From IMG/VR virus record IMGVR_UViG_3300008120_007613: a stretch of 64,000 nt of DNA. One strand, 5' to 3'. This stretch comes from an uncultured virus (IMG/VR IMGVR_UViG_3300008120_007613). Taxonomy: Duplodnaviria; Heunggongvirae; Uroviricota; Caudoviricetes. Each line of letters opens with the position of its first letter. Positions within the stretch are counted from its first letter, which is position 1. The notes under the pieces are model-generated. The model was given only the letters and a program-made list of their open reading frames with translations. It was not told the DNA's origin and ran no database searches. This document shows, in pieces, positions 51,028 through 61,267 of the stretch. A program made the position numbers and the translations under genes.

Positions 51028-51948
51028 ATGAAACAACATACACTCTGGATTGAAAAATATCGTAGCCAAACTTTAGATAAATACATCGGAAATGATGCGG
51101 TCAAAAGCCGCATCACCGATTGTATTGCCTCTAACGATATTCCCCACTTCATATTTAGTGGTACTGCTGGTACTGGTAAAACAACATTAGCTAAACTGAT
51201 AGTTAAAAACATTAAGTGCGACTACATCTATCTCAATGCCTCAGATGAAAACGGTATTGATATGATTAGGGAAAAAGTAAAGGGATTCGCTTCATCAGCT
51301 ACATTTAATCCAATTAAAGTAGTAATATTGGACGAGTCTGATTTCCTAACTCAACCAGCACAAGCAGCACTTCGTAATATTATTGAGGAATATTCAGTTA
51401 ATACACGCTTTATCTTAACGTGTAACTATATTGAGCGTTTAATTGAACCACTAACATCACGTTGTGAGATTCATATCTTAAAACCACCATCAATGCCTGA
51501 TGTTGCAAGACATATCTGCACTAACATCCTTGATGTTGAAGGTGTAGCATATGATCTTAAAAACGTAGCTCTACTGGTTAAAGAATATTATCCTGATATT
51601 CGTTCAATTATTAAAAACCTACAAGCAGGTGTTAAAGATGGTAAGTATGAGTGGATTGCCCTTAATACTGATTGGCTTACCAGAGTAGTTGATGTATTAA
51701 AATCAAGAGATAAAAAAGCATGGTACACTATTAGACAAATAGTGGCTGATGCTCAGGTTGATGATTTCCAAGTAGCATATCGTTTCCTATTTGATAATCT
51801 AGACAAATACAGCTACGGACATGATGCTGAAATATCAGTAGTACTAGATGATCACATTTGGAGAGCAGGTGTAGTACCTGATAAGGAAATTAACTTCGCA
51901 GCCGCTATAGCTAAAATATTAGATCTAAATAAAAAACAAGTACTATGA
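51028..51948 (+). CDS. Clamp loader AAA+ subunit (T4 gp44/RFC-like)
   Basis: 'WIEKYR', 'GTAGTGKTT', 'LNASDE', 'LDESD', 'SRC'. Confidence 0.93.
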   Translation: MKQHTLWIEKYRSQTLDKYIGNDAVKSRITDCIASNDIPHFIFSGTAGTGKTTLAKLIVKNIKCDYIYLNASDENGIDMIREKVKGFASSATFNPIKVVILDESDFLTQPAQAALRNIIEEYSVNTRFILTCNYIERLIEPLTSRCEIHILKPPSMPDVARHICTNILDVEGVAYDLKNVALLVKEYYPDIRSIIKNLQAGVKDGKYEWIALNTDWLTRVVDVLKSRDKKAWYTIRQIVADAQVDDFQVAYRFLFDNLDKYSYGHDAEISVVLDDHIWRAGVVPDKEINFAAAIAKILDLNKKQVL

Positions 51949-52184
51949 GTCAACAACAAGTTCAAATGAACATCAGCCTAGATAAAACAACAGGCATTAC
52001 ATGTGATAAATGTGATAACAATATATTCATTGAAGGAATGCTGCTTCGTAAAGCATCTCGCTTTATTACAGGCACAGCACAAGATGCTATGATCCCAATT
52101 CCAGTATTTACATGTAGCAAATGTGGACATGTAAATGAGGAGTTCCTTCCAATGCAACTAAGAGACAATCAAACCGAACAATAA
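51945..52184 (+). CDS. Zn-ribbon protein
   Basis: CDKC...CSKCGH. Confidence 0.65.
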   Translation: MSQQQVQMNISLDKTTGITCDKCDNNIFIEGMLLRKASRFITGTAQDAMIPIPVFTCSKCGHVNEEFLPMQLRDNQTEQ

Positions 52185-52456
52185 TGTTCAATCTATTTAA
52201 AAATCTATTTAAAATGTCAACTAAACAAGAATTAGAGAAACAACTTGCTGATGCTATCTCTGTAGCACAACGCTTAAATGAAGAAATTAAAACATTAAGA
52301 GCAGAAAATGATTCATTAAAAGCATCAAACGAATCATTAAACAATGATTTCACTAGTGCTGTTGAGAGAGTACGCTATTTGGATGGCCAAGTAAAAATGT
52401 TAGAATCACAGAGAAAAGCATCAACTAAATATTCTGATAGTAATAAAAACTATTAA
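52184..52456 (+). CDS. Coiled-coil hypothetical protein
   Basis: Heptad pattern. The start may be the downstream ATG. Confidence 0.55.
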   Translation: MFNLFKNLFKMSTKQELEKQLADAISVAQRLNEEIKTLRAENDSLKASNESLNNDFTSAVERVRYLDGQVKMLESQRKASTKYSDSNKNY

Positions 52457-52839
52457 TGCCTAATATATTTGACCATATTAAGAATATCACTACTAATAAG
52501 GGACCATACCTAGGTGACGAGGGATGGAATAATTGGATGATTAATCGTTATCTAAGTATGGACCCTGATTACTGTGAAGTAGTTAATCTGGTACAGAAAA
52601 ATACCTGGCAAATGAAGGGAGAGTATTTATATAATCTATATAAAGACCTAATCCCACAGCAGTATAAGTTTCTAAAATATATTAAAGCATCTAAAAAATC
52701 AGATTATAAAAAAGATGATATAGATGCTGTTAAACAATACTTTGAAGTATCTGAAAAACAAGCTAAAGAATACATCGATATGCTTCCTTCAGATGAATTA
52801 AAGTTTATAAAACAACAAATAAATGGAATATACGATTAA
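52456..52839 (+). CDS. Clamp loader small subunit (T4 gp62-like)
   Basis: 'MINRYLSM', 'FLKYIK', 'YFEVSEKQAKEYI'. Near the gp44-like gene. Confidence 0.7.
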   Translation: MPNIFDHIKNITTNKGPYLGDEGWNNWMINRYLSMDPDYCEVVNLVQKNTWQMKGEYLYNLYKDLIPQQYKFLKYIKASKKSDYKKDDIDAVKQYFEVSEKQAKEYIDMLPSDELKFIKQQINGIYD

Positions 52840-53089
52840 ATTTATATTAGTAATGTTAGCTATGATATTAGCTGACGTATGTTGGGCAATGTACTTTATT
52901 GAAATTGATAAACGTAGAGTGTGGGCTGCTGGAGCATGGTCTGCAATTATCATTATAGCTGGTGCCTTCATCACTACATCATATGTTGCTGATAAATCAA
53001 TGGTACCTGCAGCAGCATTAGGTGCTTTTATAGGCACAGCAGGTACAGTATATTATAAAAAAAGAAAAGAAAATGACAATAAAGGATAA
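52823..53089 (+). CDS. Small membrane protein
   Basis: Three hydrophobic segments, 'GAFIGT'. Confidence 0.6.
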   Translation: MEYTIKFILVMLAMILADVCWAMYFIEIDKRRVWAAGAWSAIIIIAGAFITTSYVADKSMVPAAALGAFIGTAGTVYYKKRKENDNKG

Positions 53090-53363
53090 GATTACAGGTG
53101 CTGTGATTGATGATCTAGTATCTCGATCGCAACGTGGATTGAACAAATACAATACTACATTACACGAAAATAATCACCAAAATATGCTTCAACATGGATA
53201 TGAAGAAGCATTAGATCTAGCTCAATATCTAAAAAAAGAAATATTAACACTCCATACAGTTCAAGATTTAATAGCTCATTACTCCAATGATGCTGAATTA
53301 GGAGCCAAAATAAGAGAAATATATGGCGAAAAGCAAACTGACGGAGATAGAGCTGAGAATTAA
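53073..53363 (+). CDS. Putative all-alpha NTP pyrophosphohydrolase (MazG-like)
   Basis: 'R...G..KY.TTL' and 'HGYEEALDLAQY' acidic helix motif. Confidence 0.4.
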   Translation: MTIKDKITGAVIDDLVSRSQRGLNKYNTTLHENNHQNMLQHGYEEALDLAQYLKKEILTLHTVQDLIAHYSNDAELGAKIREIYGEKQTDGDRAEN

Positions 53364-54264
53364 AGATTATACTCCACCTGAGATAAATTATTCATTTCAG
53401 CGTTCCGTTTCCTACTCTCAATATTCAACATACTCTACATGCCCACATCAGTGGTACCTATCGTATGTTGAGATGAAACAGCCATATCAGGCTAGTATTC
53501 ATACTGTATTTGGAACATCAATGCATGAAACACTTCAACAATACATTGATGTAATGTATAATGAAAGTGGAGCAGCAGCCGATAAAATGGATCTAGAAAC
53601 AATATTCACTGAACGCTTTAGAGAGGTGTATAAGGGTGAATATGAGAAAACTAAAGAACACTTCAGCAACCCAGCTGAAATGAGAGAGTTCTTCGATGAT
53701 GGAGTAGCAATTCTAAATTGGATTAAAGCAAGACGAAATAAACTATTCACTATACGTAAGGTAAAATTATTAGGTATTGAGTTACCTATACTTACTGGAT
53801 TAAATAAAAACGTATATTTGAAAGGCTATATTGATTTCGTTCTATATGATACTGAATTAAATAAAGTCTATATATATGACATCAAAACCTCTACACGTGG
53901 GTGGGGCGAGCGAGAAAAGAAGGACGATAGTAAAATCGCTCAAATCCTCCTTTATAAAGAGTACTTTGCAAAACAATTCGGATTCGACGTCGACCAAATC
54001 GAAGTCGAGTACTTCATTGTTAAACGAAAAATTTGGGAAGCTGAGTACCCAATTCCCAGGGTTCAATCCTTTAAGCCCGCTTCAGGAAAAAACAAACGAA
54101 AACAAATAATGGAAAACTTTAATGCCTTTATTAAAGATTGCTTTGATGAAAGTGGAAAGCCCATTATAAAGTCATACCTTAAAAATATTGGTGAAAGTAG
54201 CTGCAAGTGGTGTCCATATAGAGACAGACCAGATCTCTGCGATAAAACTGCGGTTTCCTCATAA
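53323..54264 (+). CDS. PD-(D/E)XK nuclease (RecB/Cas4-like)
   Basis: 'SYSQ...CP', 'FGTSMHE', 'GYIDFV...IYDIKTS', 'Q..LY', C-terminal CKWC...C. Confidence 0.85.
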   Translation: MAKSKLTEIELRIKDYTPPEINYSFQRSVSYSQYSTYSTCPHQWYLSYVEMKQPYQASIHTVFGTSMHETLQQYIDVMYNESGAAADKMDLETIFTERFREVYKGEYEKTKEHFSNPAEMREFFDDGVAILNWIKARRNKLFTIRKVKLLGIELPILTGLNKNVYLKGYIDFVLYDTELNKVYIYDIKTSTRGWGEREKKDDSKIAQILLYKEYFAKQFGFDVDQIEVEYFIVKRKIWEAEYPIPRVQSFKPASGKNKRKQIMENFNAFIKDCFDESGKPIIKSYLKNIGESSCKWCPYRDRPDLCDKTAVSS

Positions 54265-54270
54265 GCGTAT

Positions 54271-54278
54271 ATATTTAT
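54271..54278 (+). promoter_or_regulatory. Putative late-promoter motif ATATTTAT
   Basis: Intergenic, heads the glycosylation cluster. Confidence 0.5.
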
Positions 54279-54293
54279 ATCAAAATATAGTAT

Positions 54294-54488
54294 ATGGCAA
54301 AAATGCAATTAACATCCGTGAAGATTCCTGAGGATTTATTCGAGCAGTTCAAAATTGCCTGTGTTAAGTATAAGTTTAGTATGCAAAAGTTATCAGAACG
54401 AGCTATATATCTTTACTTAACCAGCGAAGAGTTCCGCAAACAACTTCACAATCAATTAGACACAACATTACCACAAGAAACAGAGTAA
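54294..54488 (+). CDS. Ribbon-helix-helix-like DNA-binding protein
   Basis: 'LTSVKIPEDLFEQFK' beta-helix-helix pattern. Confidence 0.6.
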   Translation: MAKMQLTSVKIPEDLFEQFKIACVKYKFSMQKLSERAIYLYLTSEEFRKQLHNQLDTTLPQETE

Positions 54489-54496
54489 ATTAGTTT

Positions 54497-55945
54497 ATGA
54501 AAGAAGGTTACATTCCGCAAGCGCAACGTAAGAAAATCTTATTGTTATGTGATGATATCAGAATGACCTCTGGTATCTCAACAATGGCTAGAGAAATTGT
54601 AGTAGGTACAGCACATCATTTTAACTGGGTTAATATTGGTGGAGCAATCCAACATCCAGATCAAGGTAAACGCTTTGATTTAAATGAAGATACCAATAGA
54701 CATGCTGGTATTACAGATGCTAGTGTTTTCCTTTATCCTATTAGTGGATACGGTGATCCAATGTTTCTAAAACAAATGATCCAGCTTGAAAAACCAGATG
54801 CACTAATGATGTTTACTGATCCAAGATATTGGATTTGGTTATTTCAAATGGAACATGAAATTAGAAAAAATATCCCTATTATTTATCTTAATATCTGGGA
54901 TGATTTACCTTATCCAATGTACAATAAACCGTACTATGAGTCATGTGATACGTTACTTGCAATCAGTAAACAAACTGAAAACATCAATAAGTGTGTATTA
55001 GGAGAAGAAACAGCTGCTGAAAAAATAATTAAATATGTTCCTCATGGTATTAATGAAAACATGTTCTTTCCTATTACTGTTGAACACCCTGAATATCTAA
55101 CATTACAAGAATTTAAAAAATCATTGTATCAAGGTAAAGAATATGAATTTACTATGTTATATAATGCCAGAAATATTCGTCGTAAATCAGTACCTGATTT
55201 AATGTTAGCATGGAAAATATTCATGGATAAATTATCTGAAGACCAAAAATCAAAATGTGCTTTTATTCTACATACTCAGGCTATAGATGAAAATGGAACT
55301 GATTTATATGCTGTAAAAGATATGTTATTTGGGAATTATGAATATAATATTATATTTGACCAAAACAAATATCCATCAAACATAATGAATTTATTATATA
55401 ATGCTACAGATGTAACAGCATTAATAAGTTCAAATGAAGGTTGGGGATTAAGTTTAACTGAAGCAATGATGTGTGGTAAACCAATCATAGCTACAGTAAC
55501 AGGTGGTATGCAAGACCAAATGCGATTTGAAGACGAAGACAGTAATTGGATTAAATTTACAGAAGAATTCGGTTCAAATCATAGAGGCAAATACAAAAAG
55601 CATGGTAACTGGGCATTCCCAGTATTTCCTTCAAACCATAGTTTAGTTGGATCAGTACCTACACCTTATATATTTGATGATAGAGCTGAACCACATGATA
55701 TAGCTGAGCAAATTATGGCTTGTTATAAATCAGGAAAAACATATAGGGAATTTATTGGACAAGAAGCTCGTAAGTGGGTCACCTCAGATGAAGCAATGAT
55801 GACAGCTACAAATATGTGCAAAAATGTAATTGAAGGAATTGATGAAACCTTTGCTAAGTGGCAACCTCGTCATAGATTTGAACTTATCCAAGTAGAAGCT
55901 TTAAAACAACCTAAACACTTCGTTAAACACGTTATCGCTCAATAA
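54497..55945 (+). CDS. Glycosyltransferase, GT-B (GT4-like)
   Basis: 'VPHGI', 'RNIRRK', 'NEGWGLSLTEAMMCGKPII'. Confidence 0.88.
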   Translation: MKEGYIPQAQRKKILLLCDDIRMTSGISTMAREIVVGTAHHFNWVNIGGAIQHPDQGKRFDLNEDTNRHAGITDASVFLYPISGYGDPMFLKQMIQLEKPDALMMFTDPRYWIWLFQMEHEIRKNIPIIYLNIWDDLPYPMYNKPYYESCDTLLAISKQTENINKCVLGEETAAEKIIKYVPHGINENMFFPITVEHPEYLTLQEFKKSLYQGKEYEFTMLYNARNIRRKSVPDLMLAWKIFMDKLSEDQKSKCAFILHTQAIDENGTDLYAVKDMLFGNYEYNIIFDQNKYPSNIMNLLYNATDVTALISSNEGWGLSLTEAMMCGKPIIATVTGGMQDQMRFEDEDSNWIKFTEEFGSNHRGKYKKHGNWAFPVFPSNHSLVGSVPTPYIFDDRAEPHDIAEQIMACYKSGKTYREFIGQEARKWVTSDEAMMTATNMCKNVIEGIDETFAKWQPRHRFELIQVEALKQPKHFVKHVIAQ

Positions 55946-55946
55946 T

Positions 55947-57260
55947 ATGAAACAATTAATAGTTATAAGCTGTCCTATTGACACATATTCTGGTTATGGT
56001 GCTCGCTCAAGAGATATTGTAAAAGCACTATTAAAAGTAGATAAATATGAGGTTAAAATATTACCTCAAAGATGGGGATCTACTCCGTTTGGATTCTTAC
56101 AAGCAGATAATCCTGAGCATAAACAAATTTTAGATTGTCTTCTCCCACAACCCCAACTCCCACGCCAACCAGATTGTTGGATTCAAATTACAGTACCAAA
56201 TGAATTTCAACCTGTAGGAAAATTTAACATTGGAATTACAGCAGGTATTGAAACTACAATATGTGATCCAAGTTGGTTAGAAGGGATTAATAGAATGAAC
56301 TTAACATTAGTATCGTCCAACCACGCTAAACAAGTATTTGAACAATCTGCCTTTGAACAACGTGATAAAGCTACTAACCAACTTGTAAAAACAGTTAAGT
56401 TAGAAAAACCAGTAGAGGTATTATTTGAAGGAGTTGATACTAGTATCTATCAAAAATTAGATGCTATTAATGAAAGTGAAGTATGGGATGTATTAGATAC
56501 AGTTGATGAAGACTTTAACTTCCTATTTGTAGGTCACTGGTTGCAAGGTGAAATTGGACAAGATAGAAAAGATGTAGGTATGTTAATTAAAACATTCCTT
56601 GAAACATTTAAAGGCAAAGGCAAAAAACCAGGCCTTATTCTTAAAACATCAGGTGGTACTTATTCTATTATGGACAAAGATAGTGTATTAGAAAAAATTA
56701 ATAGTATTCGTGCTTCTATAGGTAATAATGATATTTTACCTAATATTTATCTATTGCATGGTGAATTAAGTGATGAAGAAGTAAATGAACTATATAATCA
56801 CCCTAAAATAAAAGCACACGTTACCTTTACTAAAGGTGAAGGATATGGTCGCCCATTAATTGAAGCATCAGTAAGCCAAAAACCAGTAATTGCTCCAAAT
56901 TACAGTGGACATACTGATTTTCTTGATGCTGAAATGTCTACCTTATTATCAGGCCAAATAAGTAAAATTCATCCATCAGCAGTAGTAGAAAATATGTTAC
57001 TTGCTGATTCAGGTTGGTTTACAGTTGATTATAAAATAGCAGCTGAAACACTTGAAGATGTTTATAAAAATTATAAAAAATATCTTGATGGTGCAAAACG
57101 TCAAGCATATAAATCACGTACTGAGTTTAGTTTAGAGAAAATGGCTGAAAAATTAAATGCAATTATTGAGGAAAAAGTACCTAAACAAGTAGCACTAAAA
57201 CTTCCTCAATTAAAGAAAATTGAATTGCCTAAACTTAAAAAAGCAGAAGATGACAAGTAA
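55947..57260 (+). CDS. Glycosyltransferase, GT-B (GT4-like)
   Basis: 'SGYG', 'DRKDV', 'GEGYGRPLIEA...KPVIA'. Confidence 0.85.
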   Translation: MKQLIVISCPIDTYSGYGARSRDIVKALLKVDKYEVKILPQRWGSTPFGFLQADNPEHKQILDCLLPQPQLPRQPDCWIQITVPNEFQPVGKFNIGITAGIETTICDPSWLEGINRMNLTLVSSNHAKQVFEQSAFEQRDKATNQLVKTVKLEKPVEVLFEGVDTSIYQKLDAINESEVWDVLDTVDEDFNFLFVGHWLQGEIGQDRKDVGMLIKTFLETFKGKGKKPGLILKTSGGTYSIMDKDSVLEKINSIRASIGNNDILPNIYLLHGELSDEEVNELYNHPKIKAHVTFTKGEGYGRPLIEASVSQKPVIAPNYSGHTDFLDAEMSTLLSGQISKIHPSAVVENMLLADSGWFTVDYKIAAETLEDVYKNYKKYLDGAKRQAYKSRTEFSLEKMAEKLNAIIEEKVPKQVALKLPQLKKIELPKLKKAEDDK

Positions 57261-57426
57261 AGAATTCGTTATCTGGTTAAAAGGATTTGTTGCAGGTAGT
57301 AATAATTTCAATTTAACACCTGCAGGATGGGATGAAGTTAAAGAACAACTTAATAAAGTAAACGATAATTTATTTCCAGGATATACAACAACTACTACTT
57401 ACGATAAATTAGACAGTAATGACTGA
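57250..57426 (+). CDS. Hypothetical protein
   Basis: ATG at 57250, 'MTSKEFVIWLKGF'. Confidence 0.55.
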   Translation: MTSKEFVIWLKGFVAGSNNFNLTPAGWDEVKEQLNKVNDNLFPGYTTTTTYDKLDSND

Positions 57427-57811
57427 ACAATTAATCATATGCCCTAGATGTGGTTCAAATGCTTGCCATGAGGCATCAAACGAAAAATTCACTATGTGGA
57501 GTTGCTTTGGATGTGGATTTACATCTAACTCTACAATGACTGACGAACATGCTCCTAAAGCAGAAGAAACACTACCTGAATTATATAAGGCATTAAAATT
57601 TAAAGATGAAAAAGGATACCACTGGTATCCAATTGCTTTAACATTTGATGATAAATCAATGGTGTTTGCCGAAGGTAGATCTACTGAGGACTGGAAATGG
57701 TCAGCAGTACAAGCCAAAGAAGGCAAACCAGATATGACAACTAAACAAGAATTTGAAGAGCGTGACTTTATGGAAGCGCTTGATTATGTAGGTTATTTTA
57801 ATCAAAAGTAA
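57419..57811 (+). CDS. Zn-ribbon hypothetical protein
   Basis: CPRC...CFGCG. Confidence 0.6.
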   Translation: MTEQLIICPRCGSNACHEASNEKFTMWSCFGCGFTSNSTMTDEHAPKAEETLPELYKALKFKDEKGYHWYPIALTFDDKSMVFAEGRSTEDWKWSAVQAKEGKPDMTTKQEFEERDFMEALDYVGYFNQK

Positions 57812-57812
57812 T

Positions 57813-58439
57813 ATGTCTACAATTAGTTTTGCAATTACAGCATGGAACGAACATGTTGAACTAGAACGTTTATTAGACCAACTTGTAACCATTATCAAAC
57901 CAGGAGATGAAATAATGGTTCAACTAGATAATACAGCTACAGACGAAGTTAAAAAAGTAGCTGGTAAATATAATGTTGGTCAAAAATTTGAATACCATAG
58001 AATATATCATTCATTAAATGGTGACTTTGCATCATTTAAAAATAATGTTAAAGCACATTGTACACGTGATTGGGTATTCTTTATTGATGCTGATGAATAT
58101 CTAAGTGATGGTTTAGCTGAAAATATCCATAGCGTATTAGATATGAATAAAGGTTTAGTAGATCTAATTGCCGTACCTAGAATTAACACAGTTGAAGGAC
58201 TAACCCGTGATCATATTGATAAATGGCGTTGGTTTGTAGATGATAATGGTTGGGTTAATTATCCAGATTATCAAACGCGTATCTGCGCTAATAAAAAGGA
58301 AATAAAGTGGGCTAATAAAGTACACGAGCGTCTTACAGGTTGGAAGACAATAGCAAATTTACCTGAAGGATATGATTTAATTCATCCTAAAACAATTGAT
58401 AGACAAGAAAAACAAAACAATTTTTATAATACATTATGA
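57813..58439 (+). CDS. Glycosyltransferase family 2
   Basis: 'ISFAITAWNE', 'DWVFFIDADE', 'PDYQ.R', 'VHE'. Confidence 0.88.
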   Translation: MSTISFAITAWNEHVELERLLDQLVTIIKPGDEIMVQLDNTATDEVKKVAGKYNVGQKFEYHRIYHSLNGDFASFKNNVKAHCTRDWVFFIDADEYLSDGLAENIHSVLDMNKGLVDLIAVPRINTVEGLTRDHIDKWRWFVDDNGWVNYPDYQTRICANKKEIKWANKVHERLTGWKTIANLPEGYDLIHPKTIDRQEKQNNFYNTL

Positions 58440-59464
58440 AAACAGCGTTAGTATTAGGGGCAGGTGGGTTTATTGGCTCACACCTCGTTAAACGATTAAA
58501 ATCAGAAGGATTTTGGGTTCGTGGTGTTGATTTAAAACACCCTGAATTTGAACCAACAGCAGCTGATGATTTTATTATCGGTGATTTAAGAGATCCTAGA
58601 ATAGTAAAAAACGTTATGCTTCTAGAATCTAATAATGGTGAATTTCCACTTGAATATTCTTATAGCTCACCTCGTCCATTTGTTCAACAAATGCAATGGG
58701 ATGAAGTATATCAGTTAGCAGCAGATATGGGTGGTGCTGGTTATATTTTTACAGGTGAAAATGATGCTAATGTAATGCACAACTCAGCTATGATTAATTT
58801 AAATGTAGCTAAAGAAGCAGTAGAACAAAAAGTAAAACGTATATTCTATAGTTCATCTGCTTGTATGTATCCTGAACATAACCAATTAGATCCAAACAAT
58901 CCTAACTGTGAAGAATCAAGTGCATACCCAGCAAACCCAGATTCAGAATATGGTTGGGAAAAACTATTCAGTGAGCGTATGTTCTTAGCATTTGCTAGAA
59001 ATTATGGTTTACAAGTTCGTATTGCTCGTTTTCACAATATATTCGGTCCACAAGGTACTTGGAAAGGTGGTAAAGAAAAAGCACCAGCAGCAATGTGTAG
59101 AAAAGTAGCCGAAACACCAGATGGTGGAGTAATTGAAGTATGGGGTGATGGTAAACAAACCCGTTCATTCCTATATGTTGATGAATGTGTTGAAGGTATA
59201 TTACGTTTAACTCGCTCTGATTTTGAAGGACCAGTTAATATTGGATCTGAAGAAATGATTGCTATTAATGATTTAGCTAAGATGGCTATTGATATTAGTG
59301 GTAAAAATATTACTATTAAAAATATTCCTGGACCAACTGGAGTTAGAGGTAGGAATTCAGACAATAAACTAATTCAAGAAAAATTAGGTTGGGCTCCAAA
59401 TTATCCGTTAATTAATGGAATGAGTAAAACATTTGAATGGATTAATAAACAAGTAAATGGCTAG
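58436..59464 (+). CDS. NAD-dependent epimerase, GDP-mannose 3,5-epimerase-like
   Basis: 'GAGGFIG', 'LAADMGGAGYI', 'SSSACMYP', 'YGWEKL', 'RFHNIFGP', 'EKAPAAMCRK', 'GVRGRNSDN'. Confidence 0.85.
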   Translation: MKTALVLGAGGFIGSHLVKRLKSEGFWVRGVDLKHPEFEPTAADDFIIGDLRDPRIVKNVMLLESNNGEFPLEYSYSSPRPFVQQMQWDEVYQLAADMGGAGYIFTGENDANVMHNSAMINLNVAKEAVEQKVKRIFYSSSACMYPEHNQLDPNNPNCEESSAYPANPDSEYGWEKLFSERMFLAFARNYGLQVRIARFHNIFGPQGTWKGGKEKAPAAMCRKVAETPDGGVIEVWGDGKQTRSFLYVDECVEGILRLTRSDFEGPVNIGSEEMIAINDLAKMAIDISGKNITIKNIPGPTGVRGRNSDNKLIQEKLGWAPNYPLINGMSKTFEWINKQVNG

Positions 59465-60530
59465 TATATCAATTATAGGAGTAGGTAAACTAGGATTATG
59501 TTTAGCTCTTAATTTAGAGAAAAAAGGACATAATGTTATAGGAGTAGATGTATTTAAAAGTTACATTCAATCTTTGAATGATAAAACATTTACTACAAGT
59601 GAACCAAGTGTAAACGAATATTTAGCTGAATCTAAAATATCATTTACTACTGATTTAGAACAAGCACTTCAAAATGACATATTATTTGTAGTTGTAAGAA
59701 CACCATCTACTCCTGAATGGAAATATGATCATACAGATATTGAAAATATAGCTGATAAATTAATTTCATTTGGTAGACAATCAACCAGAAAAGACTTAAT
59801 TATTAATTGTACTACATTTCCAGGATATTGTGATACACTACAAGAAAAATTAAAAGAATATAACTATTACATTTCATACAATCCAGAATTTATTGCTCAA
59901 GGTACTATTATTAAGGATCAAGTAATGTGTGATAATGTATTGATTGGTGAGGCAGATGAATATGCTGGTGAATTAATTACTAGTATTTATAAATCAATGG
60001 TTGAATCTGATCCAATATATAATAGAATGTCTAGAACTGAAGCTGAATTAACTAAATTAGCTGTTAATTGCTTCTTAACAACTAAAATTAGCTACGCTAA
60101 CATGGTTGGAGATATTACTAGTAGATTAGGATGTGATGCTGATAGAGTATTAAAAGCTATTGGAACTGATTCAAGAATAGGCAACAAATATCTCAAACCA
60201 GGATTTGGATTTGGTGGACCATGTTTTCCTAGAGATAACAGAGCATTAGCTAAATGTGGTGAAGAGGTAGGCATTGATGCTGTTATTTCTAGAGCAACAG
60301 ATGAAATGAATGAAAAACACCTTCAATATCAAATTGAAGACTTTATAAAAAATAATCCTGATAAAAACAAAGCAGTTGAAATTGACTTTATTACTTATAA
60401 AAAAGAAAGTACAATTATAGAGGAATCTCAACAACTTAAATTTGCTCAAAAATTAAAAGAATTAGGATACAATATTCAACTATTAGATCAAAGACAAGAA
60501 GTACTAGATCAAATAAAAGATATATTATGA
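59457..60530 (+). CDS. UDP-glucose/GDP-mannose dehydrogenase family protein
   Basis: 'GVGKLG', 'NPEFIAQG', 'AELTKL..N.FL..KISYAN', 'GFGGPCFPRD'. Confidence 0.92.
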   Translation: MASISIIGVGKLGLCLALNLEKKGHNVIGVDVFKSYIQSLNDKTFTTSEPSVNEYLAESKISFTTDLEQALQNDILFVVVRTPSTPEWKYDHTDIENIADKLISFGRQSTRKDLIINCTTFPGYCDTLQEKLKEYNYYISYNPEFIAQGTIIKDQVMCDNVLIGEADEYAGELITSIYKSMVESDPIYNRMSRTEAELTKLAVNCFLTTKISYANMVGDITSRLGCDADRVLKAIGTDSRIGNKYLKPGFGFGGPCFPRDNRALAKCGEEVGIDAVISRATDEMNEKHLQYQIEDFIKNNPDKNKAVEIDFITYKKESTIIEESQQLKFAQKLKELGYNIQLLDQRQEVLDQIKDIL

Positions 60531-61267
60531 CATTAAATCAAAAAATATCTAATTGGTTATTAGATTATCTTCATATTAACAGATTAGATTGCTTTATAAT
60601 AGGCATTAGTGGTGGAATTGATTCAGCATTAACATCAACATTATGTGCCCAAACAGGTAGAAAAACTATAGTTGTAAGTATGCCTATACATCAACAACCT
60701 GATCAATTATCTAGAGCACATAATCATATTGAATGGTTAAAATCAAAATATCCAAATGTATCATCATTTGAATATGATTTAACAGAAACATTTGAAACAT
60801 TTAAAAAATTATTTCCTGTAGAAAATAGACTAGCATTAGCTAATTCACGTTCACGTTTAAGAATGACTACATTATATCAAATATCTACTGCATATAAAGG
60901 AATAGTAGTAGGCACAGGCAATAAAGTAGAGGATTTTGGAGTTGGATTTTTTACTAAATATGGTGATGGTGGGGTTGATATTTCTCCAATCGGTGATTTA
61001 AATAAAACTGAGGTAAGACAAATGGCTCGTGAATTAGGAATAATTGAAGAAATATTAATAGCGGCTCCAACAGACGGATTGTGGGATGATAATAGAACAG
61101 ATGAGGGTCAACTTGGTGCTACATATGAAGAATTAGAATGGGCTATGGAATATGAAGGGTCATTAATTGGATTAGAAAAAAGGCAACGTGAAGTATTAGA
61201 TATATATAAAACACTTCATATTAAAAATACTCATAAGATGGCTATGCCACCTATATTTACAAAATGA
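60527..61267 (+). CDS. nadE: NH3-dependent NAD+ synthetase
   Basis: 'GISGGIDSA', 'N..SRLRM', 'GTGNKVE', 'FFTKYGDGG', 'PTDGLW...TDE'. Confidence 0.93.
   Translation: MTLNQKISNWLLDYLHINRLDCFIIGISGGIDSALTSTLCAQTGRKTIVVSMPIHQQPDQLSRAHNHIEWLKSKYPNVSSFEYDLTETFETFKKLFPVENRLALANSRSRLRMTTLYQISTAYKGIVVGTGNKVEDFGVGFFTKYGDGGVDISPIGDLNKTEVRQMARELGIIEEILIAAPTDGLWDDNRTDEGQLGATYEELEWAMEYEGSLIGLEKRQREVLDIYKTLHIKNTHKMAMPPIFTK

Noticed and set aside
53323..54264. Cas4-like nuclease as part of a CRISPR system
   Set aside because: It is a solo PD-(D/E)XK nuclease of a kind common in phages. There is no array or other cas gene in the window.
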